In this document: one piece after another, positions 17,749-25,951 of the stretch | Numbering within the stretch: position 1 is the stretch's first letter | Layout of the letters: each line of letters begins with the position of its first letter | Assembly: GCA_038060705.1 (NCBI GenBank) | Contig: JBBTFS010000016.1 | Coordinates: 8,960-72,959 of the forward strand | Direction: 5' to 3' | Source of the DNA: Gemmatimonadota bacterium | GTDB taxonomy: Bacteria > Gemmatimonadota > Gemmatimonadetes > Gemmatimonadales > Gemmatimonadaceae | DNA length: 64,000 nt | Translations under genes and position numbers: made by a program | Notes under the pieces: generated by a model | What the model saw: the letters and a program-made list of their open reading frames with translations, nothing else | Told to the model about the DNA's origin: nothing | Database searches by the model: none

Positions 17749-18595
17749 GACAGCAATATGGGCGGGTGGCGTATTGACCGCCTATCTGGTCATCACGGGC
17801 ATCATCCTCGCCGTGGGTGCATCCCGCCTGGACGCAAGCGCCCTGCCCCTGCACGGCGCGCTGCTGAGCGTCGTCGTGGCATGCACCTGGTGGAAGCGAG
17901 TGCCCGCCTGGCTTCGCAACTGGATGCCCGTCGTCGCGATTCCGATCTTGTACGTCGAGGCACCCAACGTCATCGCCGCCGCCGGCCATCTCGCAATGCG
18001 CGACCCCGAGATTCTCCGCATCGAGCTGGCGCTGTTTGGTGGCAATCCCGCAGCGGACTTCGCGCGCACCTGGCCATCAAGGATCCTGAGCGAGCTCCTG
18101 CACGCTTGCTACCTGAGTTACTACGCGATCGTGATATCGATGCCGCTCCTGCTCCAGTACAGCCGGCGCGGGCGCGATTACTCGCGGGCGGTGTTCGCCC
18201 TGCTGCTGACGTTCACGACCTGCTTCATGATCTACGCAGTGTACCCGGTGGAAGGGCCCAGGTATCGCGGCGGCGCCGACGCGCCTGACGGCCCCATCTG
18301 CGCCGCGACGCTCTGGCTGCTCGAGAACGGATCCTCACGCGGAACGGCGTTCCCGTCTTCGCACGTGGCCGTGGCGGTGGCGCAGAGCATCGTCGCGATC
18401 TACTTCTTCGGCGCGCGCGGCGCCTGGCTCGCACTCCTCACGCTGGGCCTCGCCCTGGGCGCGGTTTACGGTGGATTTCACTACGCGATCGATGCGGTCG
18501 CCGGCGCGGTGCTCGGCACGGTGACGGCGGCATTCGCGTTGTACGTCAGCGCGGACCGAGCCCCAACTCAGGCGAACGCCACCGAGCCGACATAG
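17747..18595 (+). CDS. Polytopic membrane protein of the PAP2 (type-2 phosphatidic acid phosphatase / phosphotransferase) superfamily
   Basis: Multiple hydrophobic segments. C-terminal catalytic motifs FPSSHVAVAV and YGGFHYAIDAVAG (SxH … HxxxD). Start set at ATG 17747; alternative ATG 17690 would overlap the divergent gene by 59 nt. Confidence 0.7.
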   Translation: MTAIWAGGVLTAYLVITGIILAVGASRLDASALPLHGALLSVVVACTWWKRVPAWLRNWMPVVAIPILYVEAPNVIAAAGHLAMRDPEILRIELALFGGNPAADFARTWPSRILSELLHACYLSYYAIVISMPLLLQYSRRGRDYSRAVFALLLTFTTCFMIYAVYPVEGPRYRGGADAPDGPICAATLWLLENGSSRGTAFPSSHVAVAVAQSIVAIYFFGARGAWLALLTLGLALGAVYGGFHYAIDAVAGAVLGTVTAAFALYVSADRAPTQANATEPT

Positions 18596-19224
18596 CGATC
18601 GGCGTCGCGGGTAGCCTTGGTCAGGAGGTCGTCCAAGGCAACGGCGACAACATTGGTGAGGTCCGCGGTGGTGGCTCCAGAAATGCCCACGCCGATCGCC
18701 TTGAGCCCGGATTCCTTGGTGCTCCACACGCGCAGAAACGCGTCGGATACGTTCACGCCGTCGGCGGTCAGCCGCCGGACTTCCTGCTGCTCGACCGGCG
18801 TCAGCCAACGGGCGATCAGCGCGTCGGCGCGAACCACCGGCCGGCGACGCTCGACGTCGACGCCCACGGCGCGTTCGGCAGAGACGGCCATGACGATCAG
18901 GTCCCCGGAGTGACTGACGTTGAAATGCAGGTCGTCTGAGACCACGGGCTTGCCGAGGTCCGTCACCCGCACCGTCACCTGATTCGGAGGAATCGCCAGA
19001 TGTTCACCCAGCACCCGGCGGACCAATGCGCGCGTGATCACGTAGCACCCTGCGGAGGCGAGGTTTCGATAGCGGCCCAAGCGCGACCGCTCCGCGTCGG
19101 AGAGCACGTCCCGCGAAAGCGTCGCAACGACGTCCGCGTGCTGGTCAACCCAGGCGAACCAGATGTCGGCGGCGCCGGAACGGACCCGCACTGTGCCCAG
19201 TCGCGCGCCGACGTTCGGGTGCAC
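18568..19224 (-). CDS. 4'-phosphopantetheinyl transferase, Sfp/EntD type
   Basis: …SDAERSRLGRYRNLASAGCYVITRALVR…GKPVV…LHFNVSHSGDLIVMAVS…VGVDVE…VWSTKESGLKAIG are classic Sfp-type motifs. Start uncertain (GTG 19224 chosen, GTG 19191 possible). The longer track ORF would overlap the upstream gene. Confidence 0.8.
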   Translation of the reverse strand: MHPNVGARLGTVRVRSGAADIWFAWVDQHADVVATLSRDVLSDAERSRLGRYRNLASAGCYVITRALVRRVLGEHLAIPPNQVTVRVTDLGKPVVSDDLHFNVSHSGDLIVMAVSAERAVGVDVERRRPVVRADALIARWLTPVEQQEVRRLTADGVNVSDAFLRVWSTKESGLKAIGVGISGATTADLTNVVAVALDDLLTKATRDADRYVGSVAFA

Positions 19225-19238
19225 TTGACTCGGCGCGC

Positions 19239-19859
19239 TTAGCCGAGGAACGCGTACGACAAGCCGGCCTCTTGCGCGCGATTCACAGCCACGATCATCG
19301 CCGGCACCGGAGTCACGCCCGGCAGCAAGTTGGATGTGAGCTCCGCGCGTACGGCTTCGGCGTTGCCACCGCCCGACGCCAGCTCCCGGCTCATTCGGCG
19401 GATGCTCCGCATGCACACGATGAACCGTACGCCGCGCTCCTGAAGGCGAGCGACGGAAGTCGTTCCGTTCCGTGCCCAGGGATTCCGGACGGACGGCGCG
19501 CCAGTCTGCGGATCCATTTCGGAATACCGCTTTCCGATCTCGTACTTCGCCCACATCGCGTCGTTGAGCGCGATAGGCATGCCGCCGCCGTGGATCCCGA
19601 AGATGGCGTTGAGCTCTGAGTCCTTGAGGCTGTACGCCTCGCCGTAGGCATCGAAGAAGTTCGCCACGCGGCCGAGCGGGTGACCATCCTTGCAGCCATC
19701 AACATCGAAGATCTGGCGGTGCTTGCCATTGAGACCCTGAAGCCAGGACTCATCTGGCGCCGGTTCCGTGGCGGACGATTGCCGGGGCCACAGGGCCAAT
19801 GCGGCCAGCGACGCGCCGGCACGGCGCATGAACCCGCGCCTCGGAGTGACAGGATTCAT
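19239..19859 (-). CDS. Tat-signal (twin-arginine) exported protein of unknown function
   Basis: 206 aa. N-terminus MNPVTPRRGFMRRAGASLAALALWPRQSSA has a twin-arginine motif, h-region and AxA-like site. The mature part vaguely resembles DsrE/F-like folds (low confidence). ATGA overlap with the upstream gene's stop. Confidence 0.6.
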   Translation of the reverse strand: MNPVTPRRGFMRRAGASLAALALWPRQSSATEPAPDESWLQGLNGKHRQIFDVDGCKDGHPLGRVANFFDAYGEAYSLKDSELNAIFGIHGGGMPIALNDAMWAKYEIGKRYSEMDPQTGAPSVRNPWARNGTTSVARLQERGVRFIVCMRSIRRMSRELASGGGNAEAVRAELTSNLLPGVTPVPAMIVAVNRAQEAGLSYAFLG

Positions 19860-22800
19860 CGGATGGACTCCAATAGCGTCGCCAGTGTGTCGACGGCGGT
19901 GTGGATTTGCTCCACGGTGTGGGATGACGAGACAAAGAAGCGCAGGCGAGCCGCGGACTCTGGCACAGCCGGCGCGATCATCGGTTGCACGTTGATCCCC
20001 CGCTCCAGCAGTTGCTGCGACAGGCGCACGGCCCGCATCGAATCGCCGATGATCACGGGAATGATCGGCGTCCCGTTGCTCGCGCCGGTGTCGAGTCCGC
20101 GCGCCCGCGCCGCGGAGAGGAACGCAGCGGCGTTCGCCTGCAGCCGCGCCACGCGTTCGGGTTCGCGCCGAACGATTCTGAGCGCCTCAAGCGCAGCTGC
20201 CGCATTGGCCGGCGCCATCCCAACGCTGAAGACAAAACCCGGCGCGGTGTATTTGAGGTATTCGACGATTTCGCCGCGCGCTGCGATGTACCCGCCGACG
20301 CTGGCAAGCGACTTCGAGAGCGTGCCCATCCAGAGGTCTACCCCGCGTGGCGAGATCGCGAAGTGCTCCGCGATGCCCCGCCCCGTGGTGCCAAGAACGC
20401 CAATCGAGTGGGCCTCGTCCACCATCAGCCATGCCTCGTGGCGGCGCTTCACTTCCACGAATCGCGGCAGATCCGGAATGTCGCCGTCCGCGCTGTATAC
20501 GCCTTCAATCACGATGAGCGCGCGCCGCGCGTGGGAGCGTACGTCGTGGAGCAGCCGCTCGGCAGCCTCGAAATCGTTGTGGCGGAACGTGAGCCGCCTC
20601 GCGCCGGAGAACAACGCGCCCTGCATGGCCGAGTTGTGCAGCAACTCGTCGCACAAGACAACATCGTCCGGCCCGACCAGGTGCGAGATGGTCGACACGT
20701 TGGTCGTGACGCCGCCAATGAACGTGACGCAATCCTCAACGCCAATGAAACCGGCGAGTTCCTCCTCAAGCTCGCGGTGCACCGGCCGTTCGCCGGACAC
20801 CAGCCGGCTCGCAGACGCCGAGGTTCCATAGCGCCGCACCGCCGCGATCACGGCGTCGCGCACCCGCGGATCGCCGGCGAGGTCGAGGTAGTTGTAGTTC
20901 GAGAAGTTGAGGACGTCGCGACCGCCAATCAGCGCCCGGTTTCCGGACGTGCCGTCGTGCACACGGAAGTACGGATTCTCCAAGCCGTGCCTCTCCAGTT
21001 CCTCCAGACGGCCCTGGAGCAGGCGGTATTCCGGGAACTCCGCCGCCGGCAGCGGCGACACCGACCTGCCGTCGCGCCTTTCCGGTATCGCGGACACAGC
21101 GCCCGACGTTCCCATCGCGTTCGCGCCCGCCTCCAGTGCCTGCACCAGTGCGCGAATCGAGGATTCGCGCCACAAGACGGACACGTCCACGCGCCGGCCC
21201 AGCACCTGTTCCAGTTCGGTGACAAGACGGACGGCTGAGACCGAGTCCAGTCCGTAATCACGCACGGACGCCGCGGGATCCACGGCGTCAATGCCGATGC
21301 CGAGCTCGTCCGCCACCCAGCTGCGCAGCCACAACTCCAGGCGAGGCGACACGCCGGGGACGCCACGCAACGCCGGCACGTCGTCGATTGTCTGCTCCGA
21401 GTGGGCCACGACATCGAGCGTCTTGGCCAAGAGCCGGACGCGCGTCTCGCCGCGACGCACTTTCCCGCTCGACGTGCGCGGAATGCCGTTCTGCGCCACG
21501 AGCGTGATCACGTCCGGGAGGATTCCCTCCTTGTCCGCAAGCGCTCGTCGCACAGCAGCGAACACCGCCTCGTTGTCGTCGTCGTTATGGTGCCTCGTCA
21601 CCTCGAGTGCGATCGCCAACCGTTCGCGCGCTTCGCCAGGCAGCGCGTACGCGGCCGCATGGCCCGGACGAAGGTTTGGGTGACTCCGCTGCGCCGCGAG
21701 CTCGAGGTCCTGCGGGTAGTAGTTGCGGCCGCCGATGATGATGAGGTCCTTCAGCCTCCCCGTAACGAACAACTGGCCGTCATCGAGGAATCCGAGGTCG
21801 CCCGTCCGCAGGAATGCGCGACCCGGGTCCGCCGCGAGGGTGACGCCGAACACCGGTTCCGCTTCGTCCTGCGTCCGCCAGTAGCGGGAGGCGATGCTCT
21901 CACCAGACACCCAGATCTCGCCAATGCGCCGATCTTCAACCACTGCGCGCGATGCCGGATCGACGATGCGGACGATTTGGCCCTCCGCCGGTGCGCCGGA
22001 GGACACCAGTCGCAGGCGATCGCCCGCCGTGGCCGGCGCGATGCGCTTTTGCTCAAGCGCGTCGCGCGACACATCCAGCGTGGACGCCCCCTGCCCCCAC
22101 GGTCCGCCCGCCACGAACAGAGTGGCCTCGGCCAGCCCATAACACGGAAAGAAGGCGTCGCTCCGGAAGCCTGCCGGCGCGAACGCGCGCGTGAACCGCT
22201 CGATCGTTTCCGCGCGAATCGGTTCGGCACCATCGAATACGGTGTGCCAACACGAGAGGTCGAGTCCGCGCATCTCTTCGGGCTTGATGCGCTCCACACA
22301 CAGGTCGAACGCGAAGTTCGGCGCCGCGGTGCTGGTGGCCCGGTAGGTGGACGTTGCCTCAAGCCACGAAAGCGGCCGCTGCAGGAATGTCGCCGACGCG
22401 AGGAGCACCGACCCGATGCCCAGGTACATCGGTTGCAGAATGCCGCCGATCAATCCCATGTCGTGAAACGGCGGCAGCCAGGATAATGCCAGATCATCAA
22501 CGGCCACGGGATAGGCCGCGCGGATGAGCGACAAGTTGTGCAGGAGATTGGCGTGCGTCAGAACGACTCCGCGCGGAGCCGCCGTCGAGCCGGAGGTGTA
22601 CTGCAGCATGGCGATGTCAGACGCGGTGGTCGCTCGCGCGTGCGAAACGTCCCCCTCGGTCGGGTCGTCCACGGCGATCCAGCGCAGTCGTCGCAGCCGC
22701 TCATCGTCACCGCGCCAGGACTCGAGTCGCTCGAGCAGCGACTTGGTGGTCAGCGCCGCGGCCGGCTCACAGTCCGACGCAATCGCCGACACTCGCGGGT

Positions 22801-23155
22801 CCGGGCGACGCGGGTGTGGAGGATACGCCGGCACCGCGATCACCCCTGCATAGAGACACCCAAAGAAAGCGGCCAGGTAGTCAAGCCCAGGCGGCACAAG
22901 CAAGAGAACCCGGTCGCCGGGCTTGGTGACTTCCGCGATGCGCGCCGCAACGCCAAGCGCACGCAACTCCAGCTGCCGATGAGTGATCGCCTCAACCGGC
23001 TTTCGGTCACCTGGCAGAAACCGGTACACTTGGAAATCGGGGCGCTCGGCAATACGAAGTCGCAACAGATCCACCAGCGTCCGGCAGCCTGCCGCGCGCA
23101 CGTCGTCAGTGCGCACGGGACGATGGGTTGGACGTACAGACGGCGAGGCGCGCAT
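19856..23155 (-). CDS. Tri-domain fusion: fatty acyl-AMP ligase (FAAL) + phosphopantetheine carrier domain + PLP-dependent alpha-oxoamine synthase (Spt/BioF/Kbl family)
   Basis: 1099 aa. Adenylation core LQYTSGSTAAPRGV, AAPNFAFD, GRNYYPQDLE, SSGKVRR. Carrier motif DYGLDSVSAV (Ser638 codon 21242-21244). AOS domain FSNYNYLDLA…MVDEAHSIG…GTLSKS (Lys948 codon 20312-20314). Confidence 0.88.
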   Translation of the reverse strand: MRASPSVRPTHRPVRTDDVRAAGCRTLVDLLRLRIAERPDFQVYRFLPGDRKPVEAITHRQLELRALGVAARIAEVTKPGDRVLLLVPPGLDYLAAFFGCLYAGVIAVPAYPPHPRRPDPRVSAIASDCEPAAALTTKSLLERLESWRGDDERLRRLRWIAVDDPTEGDVSHARATTASDIAMLQYTSGSTAAPRGVVLTHANLLHNLSLIRAAYPVAVDDLALSWLPPFHDMGLIGGILQPMYLGIGSVLLASATFLQRPLSWLEATSTYRATSTAAPNFAFDLCVERIKPEEMRGLDLSCWHTVFDGAEPIRAETIERFTRAFAPAGFRSDAFFPCYGLAEATLFVAGGPWGQGASTLDVSRDALEQKRIAPATAGDRLRLVSSGAPAEGQIVRIVDPASRAVVEDRRIGEIWVSGESIASRYWRTQDEAEPVFGVTLAADPGRAFLRTGDLGFLDDGQLFVTGRLKDLIIIGGRNYYPQDLELAAQRSHPNLRPGHAAAYALPGEARERLAIALEVTRHHNDDDNEAVFAAVRRALADKEGILPDVITLVAQNGIPRTSSGKVRRGETRVRLLAKTLDVVAHSEQTIDDVPALRGVPGVSPRLELWLRSWVADELGIGIDAVDPAASVRDYGLDSVSAVRLVTELEQVLGRRVDVSVLWRESSIRALVQALEAGANAMGTSGAVSAIPERRDGRSVSPLPAAEFPEYRLLQGRLEELERHGLENPYFRVHDGTSGNRALIGGRDVLNFSNYNYLDLAGDPRVRDAVIAAVRRYGTSASASRLVSGERPVHRELEEELAGFIGVEDCVTFIGGVTTNVSTISHLVGPDDVVLCDELLHNSAMQGALFSGARRLTFRHNDFEAAERLLHDVRSHARRALIVIEGVYSADGDIPDLPRFVEVKRRHEAWLMVDEAHSIGVLGTTGRGIAEHFAISPRGVDLWMGTLSKSLASVGGYIAARGEIVEYLKYTAPGFVFSVGMAPANAAAALEALRIVRREPERVARLQANAAAFLSAARARGLDTGASNGTPIIPVIIGDSMRAVRLSQQLLERGINVQPMIAPAVPESAARLRFFVSSSHTVEQIHTAVDTLATLLESIR

Positions 23156-23162
23156 GGAGGGG

Positions 23163-24170
23163 TCAGTTCACGACTGGGGCTGCACCGCGCGGATCACGGA
23201 GCCACCCAGCTCGAACGTACCAAAGGTAGGTGTCGCGAACAGCGTCGGGGAGAGATCGCGACGGGTTGAACCCGATTTCGCTCCGAGCCCGTGACGCAGA
23301 GCACACCCAGCGCGGCTGCGCCGCCAGCACGGCCCTGCTGTGGCACAGCAGTGGAGCCGTCCCGGTGGCGCGGCCCAGCCACTCGCCAACCGTTGACGCC
23401 GCGCTCACGAGGCCCGAGCTGAGGTTCACGGTTCGCGGCGCCACGCCCATGGCTTTCGACACGTGTGCGCCAAACTCGCCCCAAGTGACCGGAGAATCCG
23501 AGGCCAGGAAGTACGTGCGCCCGATCGCTGCCTGCTCGCGCGAGGCATTCATGAGCCCATCCACAACGTCGTCCACATGCAACAGCGACATCTCGTGGCG
23601 TTGAATGCCGGGGTAGATGAGCCAACCGCGCTGCGCCAATCGGAACAACGACAGGAATCCGCGATCCCAGGGACCGAACACCGAGCACGGCCGCACAATC
23701 GTGGTGGCCACACGATTCGAGAAGCCCTCGACAACCCGCTCGGCTGCCAACTTGCTCCGCCCATAAGCCTCCAGCGGGGCGGGCGCGTCGGCTTCCGTGA
23801 CCGACTGACCCGGCCCCGCCGGACCGGCCGCGGACTGCGATGACACATGCACGAAGCGCGGCCCCGCCCGCCGACTGGTGATCGCCCGCAACAGCATCCG
23901 CGTCGGCGCCACGTTCGCCCGGTCGAAGCGAGCCTGGCCGGTTGCGTGCGTCGCCGCAGCCAGATGGAACACCACGTCGGCGCCGTCGAACGCATGGCAC
24001 CGGTCGAGAGAGTCCTGATCATCGTAATTCACTGGAAACGCCGCGGCACCTGGCGGCGGTGCGTGCCCCCGCGCACGCACCAGGCATCGCACCTCCGCGC
24101 CACGGCCCAGCAAGCGTTGGACGAGATTCCGCCCGATGAAGCCGCTGGCTCCGGTGACGACGACGATCAT
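23163..24170 (-). CDS. NAD(P)-dependent epimerase/dehydratase-family (extended SDR) oxidoreductase
   Basis: 335 aa. N-terminal Rossmann motif MIVVVTGASGFIGRNL and catalytic YGRSK. Its stop lies 7 nt before the fusion gene's ATG. Its ATG overlaps the hflX stop (ATGA). Confidence 0.82.
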   Translation of the reverse strand: MIVVVTGASGFIGRNLVQRLLGRGAEVRCLVRARGHAPPPGAAAFPVNYDDQDSLDRCHAFDGADVVFHLAAATHATGQARFDRANVAPTRMLLRAITSRRAGPRFVHVSSQSAAGPAGPGQSVTEADAPAPLEAYGRSKLAAERVVEGFSNRVATTIVRPCSVFGPWDRGFLSLFRLAQRGWLIYPGIQRHEMSLLHVDDVVDGLMNASREQAAIGRTYFLASDSPVTWGEFGAHVSKAMGVAPRTVNLSSGLVSAASTVGEWLGRATGTAPLLCHSRAVLAAQPRWVCSASRARSEIGFNPSRSLPDAVRDTYLWYVRAGWLRDPRGAAPVVN

Positions 24171-25438
24171 GACCCGCGGACGCCTTCCCGTTGCACGGTC
24201 ACACCCGCCTGACGCAGGCGGCCGGCCAGCCGGTCGTTCACTCGAGCGCGCACCACCAGCTGCTCACCCACCGTCCGTTGGTCAATCACCTCGCCGTCAC
24301 GATGGATCTCGGCCAACAGCTTGCCATCCGAGTGGGAAAGGCGGATCTCGGCCACCGGCCGATTCGCCCGAACAGCGGACTGCAGCGCACGACGGAGCGG
24401 ATCGAGTCCACCCGGCGCTTCGGCGGAAACGAAGACAGCGCCCGGGCAGTCCGCGGCCACGCGATCCTGAAGCGTAAGAAGTTCGTCCCCGGGGAGCAGG
24501 TCGATCTTGTTGAACACCAGCAGCACTGGGCGCTCGCTGAGACCCAGCTCGTTCAGTACGTCCACCACCACTTCGCGCTGTTCCTCCCACATCGGATGGG
24601 CGGCGTCAATGATGTGCAGCAGGATGTCGGCCTCCCGGGCCTCCTCGAGGGTGGCGCGAAATGATGCCACGAGATGATGCGGGAGTTTGCGGATGAAGCC
24701 CACCGTGTCTGTGACGAGCACACGAGAGTTGTCGCCGAGCTTCACTTCGCGCGTCAGCGGATCCAGCGTCGCGAACAGCCGGTCCTCCACAAACACGTCG
24801 TCAGCTTCGGCGAGGGCACGCAGGATCGAGGACTTGCCCGCGTTCGTGTAGCCGACCAGCGACGCCTTGAACTCGTCGCGCCGACCGCTGCGCTGCACCA
24901 CGCGCCCCTTCTCCACTTCCTTGAGCCGCTCCTTGAGGAGCTTGATCCGATGACTGATGAGGCGCCGGTCGGTCTCGAGCTGGGTCTCGCCGGGGCCTCG
25001 CACGCCGATACCGCCACGGAACTTCTCGAGGTGCGTCCACATCCGGGTGAGTCGCGGCAGCATGTACTCGAGCTGCGCCAGCTCCACCTGCATTTTGGAT
25101 TCGGACGTGCGAGCCCGCGTCGCGAATATGTCGAGGATCAGCTCGGCGCGATCCACCACGCGCTGTCCCACAATGCCCTCGATGTTCTTCGCCTGGGACG
25201 GCGTCAGCTCGTCGTCGAAGATCACCAGCGTGACAGCGAGTTCCGCCACCATCGCCTTCAACTCTTCCAGCTTTCCAACGCCGAGGTAGGTGCCGGGATG
25301 CGGACGGTCGAGTTGTTGGGTCAACTCCCCGACCACCAGGGCACCCGCGGTGTCCGCCAGTCGGCGCAGCTCGCTGAGGTGTTCGCGCAGCATCACGGCG
25401 CGATCGCGGGTGCGCTTGAGCGGCGCGCCAACGAGCAA
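24167..25438 (-). CDS. hflX: GTPase HflX
   Basis: LILDIFATRARTSESKMQVELAQLEYMLPRL…GPGETQLETDRR…GYTNAGKSS…DTVGFI…NKIDL. The only canonical start in frame is TTG 25436-25438 (see finding on the N-terminus). Confidence 0.9.
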   Translation of the reverse strand: MLVGAPLKRTRDRAVMLREHLSELRRLADTAGALVVGELTQQLDRPHPGTYLGVGKLEELKAMVAELAVTLVIFDDELTPSQAKNIEGIVGQRVVDRAELILDIFATRARTSESKMQVELAQLEYMLPRLTRMWTHLEKFRGGIGVRGPGETQLETDRRLISHRIKLLKERLKEVEKGRVVQRSGRRDEFKASLVGYTNAGKSSILRALAEADDVFVEDRLFATLDPLTREVKLGDNSRVLVTDTVGFIRKLPHHLVASFRATLEEAREADILLHIIDAAHPMWEEQREVVVDVLNELGLSERPVLLVFNKIDLLPGDELLTLQDRVAADCPGAVFVSAEAPGGLDPLRRALQSAVRANRPVAEIRLSHSDGKLLAEIHRDGEVIDQRTVGEQLVVRARVNDRLAGRLRQAGVTVQREGVRGS

Positions 25439-25492
25439 CGCGCGTTCGACCGGTTGTTCGATGACTATGGGCGAGCGTGCGATGGGCTACTC

Positions 25493-25951
25493 CTAGCGGC
25501 GCAGGGTACTGTAGCGGCCGGTGGTTGTAAACGGCACGGTGAAGTTCCCCACCACCGACGCCACGGTCACGTCTCCCGTGACCCGATATGAAACGATACC
25601 GGTCTGCAGCAATTGGCGCGCGGCGGCTCCGAGCCCAGCATAGCTGAACGCCACCGGGATTCTGATGACCGTTGAGTCATCGGCCTGCACCGTCGCACGA
25701 CTGTCCATCTCACCGCCGGCAAGCGTCACGCTGTCACTGACGAACACGCGATACGTCAGACGGCTCGCGTCCAGCCGAAAGCCGTTTGGGTTGCGCACGC
25801 CGAGCGCCACCTCGAGTTCCCCTCCGGTGACACCCAGTCCCACCACCCTCACGTCGAGCAGTTCGACGCGCGGTTGTTGGAACGCCTGCCGGCCCAACGC
25901 GGCGCAACCCGCCGTCGCTGCCAACGCCATCACCAGGGTCAATCGCTTCAT
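25493..25951 (-). CDS. LEA_2/WHy-type lipoprotein
   Basis: MKRLTLVMALAATAGC lipobox, then a LEA14-like beta-sandwich pattern (…VELLDVRVVGLGVTGGELEVALGVRNPNGFRL…). The ATG shares 1 nt with the rarA stop. Confidence 0.65.
   Translation of the reverse strand: MKRLTLVMALAATAGCAALGRQAFQQPRVELLDVRVVGLGVTGGELEVALGVRNPNGFRLDASRLTYRVFVSDSVTLAGGEMDSRATVQADDSTVIRIPVAFSYAGLGAAARQLLQTGIVSYRVTGDVTVASVVGNFTVPFTTTGRYSTLRR

Noticed and set aside
19856-21043. Reading the AOS domain as an ordinary biotin-synthesis BioF
   Set aside because: No bioA/bioD/bioB or pimelate genes are nearby. The domain is fused to a long-chain-type acyl-AMP ligase and carrier and sits next to a reductase and a PPTase. BioF identity is not formally excluded without phylogeny, so this remains a stated alternative in the finding.
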